Source: Salmo salar
Lineage: Eukaryota
Direction: 5' to 3'
DNA: 64,000 nucleotides
Assembly (NCBI RefSeq): GCF_905237065.1
Contig: NC_059464.1
Span: 3,175,803-3,239,802, forward strand
Part shown: positions 13,264 through 24,802 of the stretch, piece after piece
Layout: each line of letters begins with the position of its first letter
Numbering within the stretch: the first letter of the stretch is position 1
Translations under genes and position numbers: made by a program
The notes under the pieces: generated by a model
Database searches by the model: none
Told to the model about the DNA's origin: nothing
What the model saw: the letters and a program-made list of their open reading frames with translations, nothing else

Positions 13264-14300
13264 TACACTACAAGACCAAAAGTATGTGGACACCTGTTCG
13301 TCGAACATCTCATTCCAAAACCAGGGGCATTAATATTGAGTTGGTCCCCCCTTTGCTGCTCTAACAGCCTCAACTCTTCTGGGATGGCTTTCCACTAGAT
13401 GTTGGAACATTGCTGGTGGGACTTGCTTCCATTCAGCCACAAGAGCATTAGTGAGGTCGGGCACGGATGTTGGATGATTAGGCCTGGCTCGCAGTCGGCG
13501 TTCCAATTCATCCCAAAGGTGTTCGATGGGGTTGAAGTTCTTCCACACTGATCTCGACAAACCATTTCTGTATGGACCTCGCTTTGTGCATGGGGGCATT
13601 GTCATGCTGAAACAGGAAAGGGCCTTCTCCTAAACTGTTGCCACAAAGTTGGAAGCACAGAATCTTCAAGAATGTCATTGTATGCTGTAGCGTTAGATTC
13701 GTCCGTCCGACTGCCAGATGGTGAAGCGTGATTCATCACTCCAGAGTACGCATTTCCACTGTTCCAGAGTCCAATGGCAGTCACTCCAGCCGACGCTTGG
13801 CATTGGTGATTTTAGGCTTGTGTGCGGCTGCTTGGCCATGGAAACCCATTTCATTAAGCTCCCGAAGAACAGTTCTTGTGCTGACGTTGCTTCCAGAGTT
13901 TGGAACTTGGTAGTGAGTGTTGCAACCGAGGACAAATGATTTTTACACGCTTCAGCACTAGGCAGTCCAGTTCTGTGAGCTTGTGTAGCCAACCACTTCG
14001 CGGCTGAGCCGTTGTTGCTCCTAGACATTTCCACTTTACAATAACAGCATTTACAGTTGACTGAGGCAGCTCTGGTAGGGCAGACATTTTACGAACTGAC
14101 TAGATGGCAAGGTGGCATCCTGAAGGTGCCACGTTGAAAGTCACTCAACACTTCAGTAAGGCCATTCTATTGCCAATGTTTAACTATGGAGATTGCATGG
14201 CTGTGTGCTTGATTTTATACACCTATCAGCAACAGGTGGCTGAAATAGCCAAATTCACTAATTTGAAAGGGTGTCCACATACTTTTGCATATATAGTGTA
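13264..14300 (-). mobile_element. Tc1-like DNA transposon (degenerate), in NLK intron 7
   Basis: Terminal inverted repeats tacactacaagaccaaaagtatgtggacacc ... ggtgtccacatacttttgcatatatagtgta. Minus-strand ORFs 13330..13605 and 13693..14034 encode Tc1 transposase fragments (DDE C-terminus NPIEHLWDELERRL). Confidence 0.85.
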
Positions 14301-15692
14301 TGTGCGGAATTATTTTTGATTTAGAACAGCCCACAAAAAAAAAAGTAATACGTAGCCTGCACTCGAATAGCAAACGGCGGTTACGTTTTTTAATATGCAA
14401 GCATATACGGCGTGTCCATTAGGCTAGGGGAAGCTTTCCCGAAAGTAAATTGAATTAAATTGCCAAAATTAATTATATAGGAGAAATAAATAAAATAATT
14501 CAAAATAGAATACTAAAGCATGATTTAGCCACGGAAGATCATTAGCTTCTTTAAAAAAAAATAAGTTGTGGATTGTTTTAAATCGCATTGCCTACAGTCG
14601 GAAGGAAAGACAGCTTGCGCAATATGGGCAGATTCATTGTTGAGTTGCGACGGACTGTGAAAAGTGGGGAGACCAAGCCAGGCATATCGCAATTTAAAAA
14701 TACAACCGCGGGGAAAAAAGGCAACGAAAGAAGAAACATATCTGATAAAGCTGGTAAACTAGACCTACTCTAGGTTAGACGCACTCAGCCACGCATTGAA
14801 CGTTCTTTTTTGCTAACACTGATTGAGTTATATTATGACTATCCAACCTATTCATCACACTACGAATAGTAAGTAGGCTCTTACATAAGTCAGCAAATGC
14901 GATTATGCATGTAATGTTTTTATTATAAAGGCGCATTTTTTATGGGGAAAATGATCTTCCCCAAACTTAACTCACGCGCTGTCTATGTATGCCTGGTAGG
15001 CTACACTGCTTGTAAAGCGGATTTATGTGCTTAATTTTAAGAAATGAGCAGGGAAAAAAATCAATAATACATGTCATCATATACACAAATAGCAAATTGA
15101 GGACACTTTTCCTGCGGTTCATTTTCATACCAGCCAGGCTGCTCCTGTTGTAAAAGTGAAGCAATGTGCTTAATATTAAGAAAGTTGAGAAATAAATAGT
15201 AGACCTAGCCTAGAGAAATCGGATGGGATCCTCCCTCCTCGTTTTTAATAGAGACCTTCAAAACTCTTATTTTCTCACACAAATGCATAGCATATAGAAG
15301 TGTTCATGGGCTCTCATGATGTGTTCAATTTGATTTTCGATTGCATTTGCATTGATGTCAGAGTGATTAGAGGGGCAATAAGTACCAGGTCATTAGTGAC
15401 TGGCAGTTAGCAAGTTTGGTGGGATACTAATGACCATCAGCGGCATCAGAGCGCAGTTTTGGAGAAGCCTAGTTACCGTGACTAAACGGTCACATGGAAT
15501 TTGATTGCGGTCATGACTCGGGACGCAGGTGTGGTGGTAAAACCGTTACCGTAACAACCCTAGTTGGAAGTAAGGTATTTCCGTTTGTATAGTGCAAGGG
15601 GGACAATATTTGACCACATGTGTCTCATAGTAATACAAAGGAAGTTCTGATCAGTCAGTGAGTAGTTCATAGGTTCAGTGAGGAGGAAGTAC

Positions 15693-15794
15693 CGGTTTGT
15701 GAGGTCCTCTCAGGATGTGAGCTCTGGCCCCCTCACAGGCAGATGCCATGGCAGAGAGAGGAGGGGTACCCAGCAGATCAGTGATCAGATCCAA
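15693..15794 (-). CDS. nlk: NLK exon 7 (LDLITDLLGTPPLSAMASACEGARAHILRGPHKP)
   Basis: Acceptor acccctcag|TTGGATCTG and donor AAACCG|gtacttcc. ORF 15675..15869 (-). Confidence 0.85.
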
Positions 15795-17279
15795 CTGAGG
15801 GGTAGAGGGAGAGAGAGAGAGAGAATATAGAGAGTGAGGAGATTTAATTTGACAACAAACCAACAACAAAAAAATTATGCATTTGATTAATAATTGATAG
15901 ACAAAAGTTACAATTATTGCCCAGACAGATTACACCTTCAGATGGCTTTCCCTATTTCCTCCCTCCCAACCTGTTGAATAGGGTTCTGTGCCTCCCACCC
16001 CTCTACGAGAGCTGTGGTGGGCACACAATTTCGTCAGTAGGTGATTGTCAAGCAAATAACTGTCGGTCTCACGGTAATTGACCGTTAATTAACAAACACA
16101 TTTAGCATCTCCTGGCTTCCACACACAGCCTACAAGCCACTGATGCAGACCTTTGGAACATCCACATTTCAAAAAGTTTAATAAATCCATGTAATATAGC
16201 CTACACCTTGACAATAAATCAATTATTTATTTTAGACAGGTCTAAAGAAGCATGATATGAAGAAAATGTAGTCTATTTCAGGAGAACAGAATAACATACT
16301 CTGAGTTGTCCTTATGTTAGGTCCTGATCTGGCTTTGCCAAATGGCTGTGGGCTACACTAGTTAATTTAGCAGACAAGATTTACTCAGAATTTCATGGCA
16401 TTATTTTATATTATGAAGAATACAATTGAACAAAGCTGAATAAAATAGAAAGGATATTTTCTCCAAAAGATTTGAGGGAGTGTGCACATGCGGCTATTCT
16501 GTGTTGAGCGGTTAACAAAGAAACAGGGGCTCCTATAAGTTTCATTTGTAGTTATTAATGTAACTTTAGTTGTTCTACAAACGTTGGGCTATATATTTTG
16601 ATTTTTAATACATTATAAGGCTGCATGATGCGACTAATGGTGATTTTTAAAAAGTAACTTGAAAGGCATGAGCTCTACTTTTTTTTGCGCAGGCTATAAA
16701 CACTTCATCAGTCTCTCATTCACAATTTTACAAGCACTTAATAATGCCTCGAATTTCATAGCGGCATCCCCTTTGTGTGGCCGTAATGCACCCTAAAAAA
16801 ATCCATGCCTTTTGCTGGCCAGTGGCCGATGTGCCCTTGGCCCAGAGTGCTGCGTTGTGCCCTTTTCCCTGAGTGCTGCTTGCTCCGAAGCAACTCTCAC
16901 TCACATGGCTCTCCATCACAGGCTACAAGTGAAGACAGACACATTGGGGACGCAACTGCGCAAGTTCTTATCCAATTCCGAGGTGCATATTGAAAATATT
17001 GGAAGAACTGTCCACATTTACTTAGTCAGCAAACAAGATGAGTAGGCCTTATGAACAGCAAAATATCTTATTCTATGTGAGAAATACATATTCCCCCCCC
17101 AAAAATGTACGCAATGTGGCTGACGCAACAGATCAGAGTGTTTAGCTTAAAATGTTGATAAACTATTTGGTTATTTCTTCACATTATAAGCGCAGCAATA
17201 CGCACACGGCAGTAGGTTATAAGAGTGAATGTTCCATTAGCGGGAAAACTAGAGACTAAAAAACAGCTTCTATCTCAAG

Positions 17280-17478
17280 GCCATCAGACTGTTAAATAGC
17301 CATCACTAGCACAGATAGGCTGCTGCCAACATACACAGAATTTAAATCATTGGCCACTTCAAAAAAATGGAACACTAGTCATTTTAATAATGTTTACATA
17401 TCTTGCATTACTCAACTCATATGTATATACTGTATTCTATACTATCTACTGTATCTTAGTCTATGCCGCTCTGACATA
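17280..17478 (+). repeat. Common salmonid interspersed repeat (aaggccatcagactgttaaatagccatcac... family), 5' part, interrupted by the tandem array. The 3' part resumes at 18321-18545.
   Basis: Same family as 31310-31760 (+) and 40200-40570 (-). The tail ...acccgcagtaacatctgctaaacacgtgtatgtgacaaatacatttgatttg is at 18460-18515. Confidence 0.6.
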
Positions 17479-18320
17479 GTGTAACCGATGTGAAATGGCT
17501 AGTTAGTTAGCGGTGGTTCGCGCTAATAGCGTTTCAATCGGTGACGTCACTCGCTCTGAGACTTGAAGTAGGGTTGCCCCTTGCGTTGCAAGGGCCGCGG
17601 CTTTTGTGGCGCGATGGGTAACGATGCTTCGTGGGGTGTCAGTTGTTGATGTGTGCAAGGGTCCCTGGTTCGAGCCCAGGTTGGGGCGAAGAGAGGGACG
17701 GAACCTACACTGTTACATTGATGCTGTTGACCCGGATCATTGGTTGCTGCGGAAAAGGAGGAGGTCAAAGGGGGGGTGAGTGTAACCGATGTGAAATGGC
17801 TAGTTAGTTAGCGGTGGTGCGCGCTAATAGCGGTTCAATCGGTGACGTCACTCGCTCTGAGACTTGAAGTAGGGTTGCCCCTTGCGTTGCAAGGGCCGCG
17901 GCTTTTGTGGCGCGATGGGTAACGATGCTTCGTGGGGTGTCAGTTGTTGATGTGTGCAAGGGTCCCTGGTTCGAGCCCAGGTTGGGGCGAAGAGAGGGAC
18001 GGAACCTACACTGTTACATTGATGCTGTTGACCCGGATCATTGGTTGCTGCGGAAAAGGAGGAGGTCAAAGGGGGGGGTGAGTGTAACCGATGTGAAATG
18101 GCTAGTTAGTTAGCGGTGGTGCGCGCTAATAGCGTTTCAATCGGTGACGTCACTCGCTCTGAGACTTGAAGTAGGGTTGCCCCTTGCGTTGCAAGGGCCG
18201 CGGCTTTTGTGGCGCGATGGGTAACGATGCTTCGTGGGGTGTCAGTTGTTGATGTGTGCAAGGGTCCCTGGTTCGAGCCCAGGTTGGGGCGAAGAGAGGG
18301 ACGGAACCTACACTGTTACA
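17479..18320. repeat. Tandem repeat, about 301-bp unit x 2.8 copies, in NLK intron 6
   Basis: Units start at 17479/17780/18082 (gtgtaaccgatgtgaaatggctagttagttagcgg...) and are nearly identical. Each contains a tRNA B-box-like ggttcgagccc. The duplicate ORFs 17547..17768 and 17848..18069 (-) are repeat artefacts. Confidence 0.9.
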
Positions 18321-18823
18321 ATTGCTCATCCATATATTTATACATTCTTAATTCCATTCCTTTACTTAGATTTGTGTGTATTAGGTATTTGTTGTGAAAT
18401 TGTTAGATATTACTTGTTAGTTATTGCTGCACTGTTGGAACTAGAAGCACAAGCTAGACCCGCAGTAACATCTGCTAAACACGTGTATGTGACAAATACA
18501 TTTGATTTGAACACCATTATCAAGTGACCGCAAATGCAATTATGCATGTAATGCTTTCATGTATGCCAGTTAGGCTCTTCACCCCTTGTAAGAAGATATT
18601 TTGCCACTTTAGTTGTGATGCAAACCTCAAAACATAAAGGCCTATGGGCTAGGCTACATGAGGTGTGCAACTATCATTCGTAAAAACCTAAAAAAAAAAG
18701 GCATTATTTCTTGCCTTACGCGGGGCATCAGTGATAATATATAATTCACAAGTGATAGGCTAATATTGTCACCCATCAGACTATTCTTCATTAAATATTG
18801 TCTTTACATATACTAAATAATAT

Positions 18824-20162
18824 ACAGTAACAGTCAAAAGGTAGAACACCTACTCATTCCAGGGTTTTTCTTTATTTTTACTATTTTCTACATTGTAGAA
18901 TAATAGTGAAGACATCAAAACTATGAAATAACACATATGGAATCATGTAGTAACCAAAAAAGTGTTTAACAAATCTAAATATATTTAGATGTATAAGATT
19001 CTTCAAAGTAGCCACCCTTTGCCTAGATGACAGCTTTGCACACTCTTGGCATTCACTCAACCAGCTTCATGGAGGTACAGTAGTCATTACTTTAAGACAT
19101 GAAGGTCAGTCAATCTGGAAAATGTCAAGAACTTTGAACGTTTCTTCAAGTGCAGTCGCAAATACCGTCAAGCGCTATGATGAAACTGGCTCTCATGTGG
19201 ACCGTCACAGGAAAGGAAGACCCAGAGTTAGCTCTGCGGCAGAGGATAAGTTCATTAGAGTTAACTGAACCACAGATTGCAGCACAAATAAATGCTTCAC
19301 AGTTCAAGTAACAGACATCTCAACATCAACTGTTCAGAGGAGACTGCTTGAATCAGGCCTTCATGGTCAAATTGCTGCAAAGAAACCACTACTAAAGGAC
19401 ACCAATAAGAAAAAGAGACTTGCTTGGGCCAAGAAACACGAGCAATGGACATTAGACCGGTGGAAATCTGTCCTTTGGTCTGATGAGTCCAAATTTGCGA
19501 TTTTTGCTTCCAACCGCCGTGTCTTTGTGAGACGCAGAGTAGGTGAACGGATTATCTCCGCTTATGTAGTTCCCACCATGAAGCATGGAGGTGTGATGGT
19601 GCTTTGCTGGTGACACTGTCAATGATTTATTTAGAATTCAAGGCACACTTAACCAGCATGGCTACCACAGCATTCTTCAGCGATACACCATCCCATCTGG
19701 TTTGCGCTTAGTGGGACTCATTTGTTTTTCAACAGGACAATGACCCACACCTCCAGGCTATGTAAGGGCTATTTGACCAAGGAGGAGAGTGCTGCATCAG
19801 ATGACCTGGCTTCCACAATCACCCAACTTCAACTGAACTGAGATGCTCTGGGATGAGTTGGACCGCAGAGTGAAGAAAAAGCAGCCAACGAGTGCTCAGC
19901 ACATGTGGGAACTCCTTCAAGACTTTTGGAAAAGCATTCCAGGTGAAGCTGGTTGAGAGAATGCCAAGAGTATGCAAAGCTGTCATCAAGGCAAAGGGTG
20001 GCTACATTGAAGAATCTAAAATAGAAAATCTATTTTGATTTGTTTAACACTTATTTGGTTACTACACGATTCAATGTGTGTTATTTCATAGTTGATGTCT
20101 TCACTATTATTCTACAATGTAGAAAATAGTTTTTTTTTTAAAAAACCTTGAATGAGTAGGAG
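18824..20162 (+). mobile_element. Tc1-like transposon (frameshifted transposase, 3' end truncated), NLK intron 6
   Basis: Left terminus acagtaacagtcaaaaggtagaacacctac... The internal sequence encodes a Tc1 transposase (plus strand, multiple frameshifts). Same family as 28773-30323 and 61400-62575. Confidence 0.85.
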
Positions 20163-21358
20163 CGATCAACAGGTGAAGTTGCCGATCCTATCCTCGTCGC
20201 CAAAAATGTAGTGGAAATTCAGTACTGAGATAGACTTGGTAATTTCTCCAAACAACCATCTTTATTTAATATCAATTAATTATTGCAGTAATGAAACCAA
20301 CGACCCCACGCTCTGAAGTGTGTTGCCGAGTGCTTAACTGATAATGAAAAAAACAGATTTTATATAGGACCTAAAACAATGCTTAGTCAGGCTGGTTCCA
20401 ACCCCTCCCATGCAGAGTGGGGGCACCATAAGCTACTTTGGGTTCATCCTGTGGTCATCTGCATGGTTGTTGTTCTAACCCTCCAGGCTAAGTTTCCCAG
20501 ATGCCAGGATGATGAGACAATGAGGGTTTTGTTCTGTTCCTCCAGGCTCTCTTTATCTCTGCTACACCCACCACATCTTATCTATGGAATGCCAGCTGTA
20601 GGTTTTTACCTAGACATCACTTAATCAGTTGCCAGCCCAAGCTTCAAAAGACTCCTCTCAGTTCACTCAGAATGAAGAGAGAGAAGTGTCTTACTATTAG
20701 TTATGTATTTAATCATTAACTATTAATATCAAACAAATCAGGTGAATATGAAAATGTTCTATCACAGTAGGTGTGTGCAACCTGTTGACTGGTACTGTAT
20801 GTGTGAAATTTGTTTTGATTTAGGATGAAACGTCATCATGCACCTGTATCGAAACAGGGGCAGGGGGAAAAATACATGTCATCTATGCATTTAAATAGCA
20901 AATGGAGGACGCTTTTCCCGTGGTTCATTTTCACGCCAGCCAGGCTATACTCCCGTTGCAAAGATAAGCAATGTGCTTCATATTAGGAAAGTTGAGAAAT
21001 AAATAGAAGGCCTAGCCTATAGAAAGCTGATGGGATCCTCCTCTTTTTAATAGAGACCAACACCCTGTTTTATTGCGCAATTGCATAGCCTATAGAAATG
21101 TTTCGCAACATAAGCTCATGGGCTCTCATGAAATGTTTGATTTGATTTTTGATTACATTTGCATTGATGTCAGAGTGATTAGAGGGACGATAGAGTGCTG
21201 AGTACCAGTCAGTTAGCAAGTTTGGTAGGCTACTAATGACCAGCAGCATCAGAGCATGGAGGAGCCTAATTACCGTGACCGTGGAATTTGACTGCCTTCA
21301 TGACTTGTGACCGCCGGTGTGACGGTAATACGGTCACTGCAACAGCCCTACCCTCTAC

Positions 21359-21568
21359 CTGTTGTATGGGGCTCTGGGCCTGGAACAGGATGCGTCGACC
21401 CAGTAGTTCAGCAAAGATGCAGCCCACCGACCAGACATCTATGGCAGAGCCGTAATGGCGGCTGCCCATCAGCACCTCAGGAGCCCGGTAGTACTGAGTC
21501 ACCACCTCCTGGGTCATGTGACGAGACGGGTCCGGCTCCTCCACACGTGCCAGCCCAAAGTCACAGAT
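21359..21568 (-). CDS. nlk: NLK exon 6, kinase subdomains VII-IX (ICDFGLARVEEPDPSRHMTQEVVTQYYRAPEVLMGSRHY...ILFQAQSPIQQ)
   Basis: Acceptor tctctctcag|ATCTGTGAC and donor CAACAG|gtagaggg. ORF 21266..21631 (-). Contains the DFG and APE kinase motifs. Confidence 0.9.
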
Positions 21569-21639
21569 CTGAGAGAGAGAGAGAAGGAGAGGGAAGAGGG
21601 AGAAAGAAAGAGGTGAGTTACATGATAACACTGAGTATA

Positions 21640-22620
21640 CAAAACATTAAGAACACCTGCTCTTTCCATGACAGACTGACCAGGTGAAAGCTACCCTTTT
21701 GATGTCACTTGTTAAATCCACTTCAATCAGTGTAGATGGAGGGCATTTTTAAGCCTTGAGACAATTGAGACATGGATTGTGTATGTGTGCCATTCAGAGG
21801 CTGAAAAATGGGCAAGACAAAAGATTTAAGTGCCTTTGAACAGAGTATGGTAGTAGGGGCCAGGTGCACCAGTTTCACTGTGTCAAGAACTGCAACGATG
21901 CTGGGTTTTTTCACGCTCAACAGTGATGGGTTCGGATTTCTAAACTTGAAATATAGTTAATCATCAGTTATACTAGAGACATGAGGGGTGCCATAGTCTA
22001 GGGTCTACACTAGAAGTTAATGGTTATCTGTAGGAGGAATGTATATGGTGGATGCAATTAAGCTTGGAATGTACTGAGTGGATGGAAGACTGGGTGGAGA
22101 GCGGTGGATTAGTGAGGAAGGGGGTCGAGGTCAGGTCACATTAAGGGAGAAGGAACAGTTTATTGCCCGTATCACTTAACTTCCTGTCTAGCAATAAATA
22201 TGTAATGTTTAGAGAGAAGGAGGAGACTCCATCCAAATTAGGGTATATATACTACCACTGGTGGAAATATGCTTTTGTCTTATGCAGCTGTATGACCAAA
22301 TGGGTGAATAAACTTGGTCTAAGCTTTACTAATCGTCCATGAGTTTTAATAGGTTCATTTAGAACCTAACAACAGTTTCCCATGTGTATCAAGAATGGTC
22401 GACCACCCAAAGGACATCCAGCCAACTTGACACAACTGTGGGAAGCACTGGAGTCAACACGGGCCAGCATCCCTGTGGAACGCTTTCGATACCTTGTAGA
22501 TTCCATGCCCCAATGAATTGAGGCTGTTCTGGGGGGCAACAGGTGTGGGGGGGGGGGGGGTGCAACTCAATATTAGGAAGGTGTTTGTAATGTTTGGTAT
22601 AATCAGTGTAGGTTGACGAG
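21640..22620 (+). mobile_element. Tc1-like transposon remnant with an internal unrelated segment (about 21945-22370), NLK intron 5
   Basis: Terminus gagtatacaaaacattaagaacacctgctctttccatgac at 21644. Transposase C-terminal coding at 22380-22540. A related fragment lies at 39110-39420. Confidence 0.7.
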
Positions 22621-22739
22621 TGTAATTACAGCATAATATACGTGTATGTTTGTCAAAATGTGTATAGATGAAATTCTTCAGCCCATATTGACCTCTACTA
22701 AGTTATTTTCTTCTTGGCCAGCATAATGCTTTCTTGTCA

Positions 22740-22934
<195 letters not shown>

Positions 22935-23111
22935 TCATAACGGTTCAAATACAGCCCCGAGCCAATTCCCCTTCAGTGTTTGCAGTCAATGACAACATGA
23001 ATCCATCAATATGGCTCCATCACATGAAACAAGCTGGCTCCTTTAAACCTGCAAACCCAGAAAGGCTAGGAGGCAAACTCACAAATGGCTTGTTTTGGGG
23101 CTCAGGAGTCA

Positions 23112-23318
<207 letters not shown>

Positions 23319-23609
23319 TCAAGGAAACAGAAGCCTATAGGATGTGGATGGACCACATAGAAGAAAGCGTAATACTACATCTATCTATATTAAAGTTAAA
23401 TGTATCTATCATAACACAAGACTATCACTAATGGTATCATCTCTGTTGAGGTTTATCTTGATTTAGATTGTACTATGTAGATTCAGACTGTTTTGAAAGG
23501 AGGAGGACATGATAATAGAGAGAGGAAGTGCAGGAGTGAACAATGGCTGACACATAACAGTCATGTGTGCAAGTGTGTGTGTGCACATGAATGTGCGTGT
23601 GAAGGATAC

Positions 23610-23665
23610 ATTTCCTCGAAGCAGTCCATCTGTGGAGGCTGCAGAATGTCCAGCGCTGACAACAC
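23610..23665 (-). CDS. nlk: NLK exon 3 (VLSALDILQPPQMDCFEE-I), 56 nt
   Basis: Acceptor gtgtttacag|GTGTTGTCA and donor GAAAT|gtatcc. Matches the conserved VLSALDILQPPHIDYFEEI segment of NLK. Confidence 0.8.
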
Positions 23666-24179
23666 CTGTAAACACACATCATCATCATCACCCTTCTCGT
23701 TGTTTTAATGATTAGAGATCTAAAGGACAAAACAGACAGACGAATGGTTAAAAGCAGTGAGTGGCCATCCTATCGCCTTTGACCACAGAACATTGGCCGT
23801 CATTTCGTGTTCATTTTCTGACGATTATACATCGCCACCATTCATCAACACTCAGCAAGTGATCTACCGTTCACAGCCAACGTTTGTTATGGCACTTCTT
23901 GTCCTTAAGTGTCTAAACTATAACAAACCTCTAACTTCACAGTGATATTTGTAAAGCTAGCCTCTGTATGAAAACATATCAATGAGCAGTGTGAAGACGC
24001 ATCGCTATGTCTTATGTTATGGATGCAATACTGTATGAAAATGTCTCAAATGGCACCTTTTTCCTATAGCAAGTCCACTATTTCTTTTTACCAGTGTATA
24101 GGAAATAGGGTGCCATTTAGGACGCTGCCTATGTGTGTTGTGCAGTCCTGTGTATAGATGTATCGCTATCCATTCTTAC

Positions 24180-24309
24180 ATTGTCGTGTTTGAAGAAGCA
24201 GAGCATCCTCAGCTCTCTGAAGACCCTCTTACAGGAGACTAGGTTCTGGAAGACATTGGGCATCTTCTTCAGGGCTACCTTACGCCCGTCACGAGGGTCT
24301 GTCACTGAC
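24180..24309 (-). CDS. nlk: NLK exon 2 (W-SVTDPRDGRKVALKKMPNVFQNLVSCKRVFRELRMLCFFKHDN)
   Basis: Acceptor ctcctgcag|GTCAGTG and donor GACAAT|gtaaga. ORF 24129..24374 (-). Contains the VALKK ATP-site lysine. Confidence 0.85.
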
Positions 24310-24491
24310 CTGCAGGAGCAATATGAAGAGGGGCATCTGTTAGCACTGGTCAACAATGGGGAGTGCACGTGCACAGTATGTCTATCTCATTCCCTTGTCA
24401 GATACACACCCTTTTTTTGGAAAGGAAAAACACCATGCAAAAACTCACATGGAAATCAGTCTTAATTCTCATTTGAAATGGCACAACTTAC

Positions 24492-24802
24492 CAGACCACA
24501 CCAAATGCGCCATAACCGATAGGTCGATCAGGCTCCATCTCAGCAGGGCTTGGTACTTCACTGGCAGGACTACTATGAGGCTGTGGTACAGCGGCCCCGC
24601 CGCCTATGCTTCCCCCAAGAGATGTTGGATGTCGTGGCGTCCCCGCTGGGGCAGTGGGTCCAGTTAGACTCGGTGTTGCACTGAGGCCCGTGGAAGTGGC
24701 TCCAGTTGAGGTGTTGACGCAAAAATACTTATGGCCTAACTCAGATCCGGGGAACAGGTTACCACATACTGTCTGCTGCCGGCCTGTACCATGGAATGCC
24801 AT
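24492..24802 (-). CDS. nlk: NLK exon 1 coding part: ATG at 24802 (MAFHGTGRQQ...low-complexity...EMEPDRPIGYGAFGVVW)
   Basis: ORF 24488..24802 (-), with an in-frame TGA 3 codons upstream of the ATG. Donor GTCTG|gtaagttg (phase 2). Contains the glycine loop GYGAFGVV. Confidence 0.7.

Noticed and set aside
17600-17700. tRNA gene at the ggttcgagccc motifs, and tRNA-like heads at 34690 and 35300
   Set aside because: No complete cloverleaf with an A-box, anticodon arm and CCA-compatible acceptor stem could be formed. These are SINE- or tRNA-derived relics, not tRNA genes.
17547-18113. Duplicate 73-aa and 68-aa ORFs
   Set aside because: These are identical copies generated by the 301-bp tandem repeat units. 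They are artefacts.
17479-18320. Tandem repeat arrays (also 43990-44230) as CRISPR-like arrays
   Set aside because: This is eukaryotic sequence. The units are 301 bp or 30 bp without unique spacers, so they are not CRISPR.
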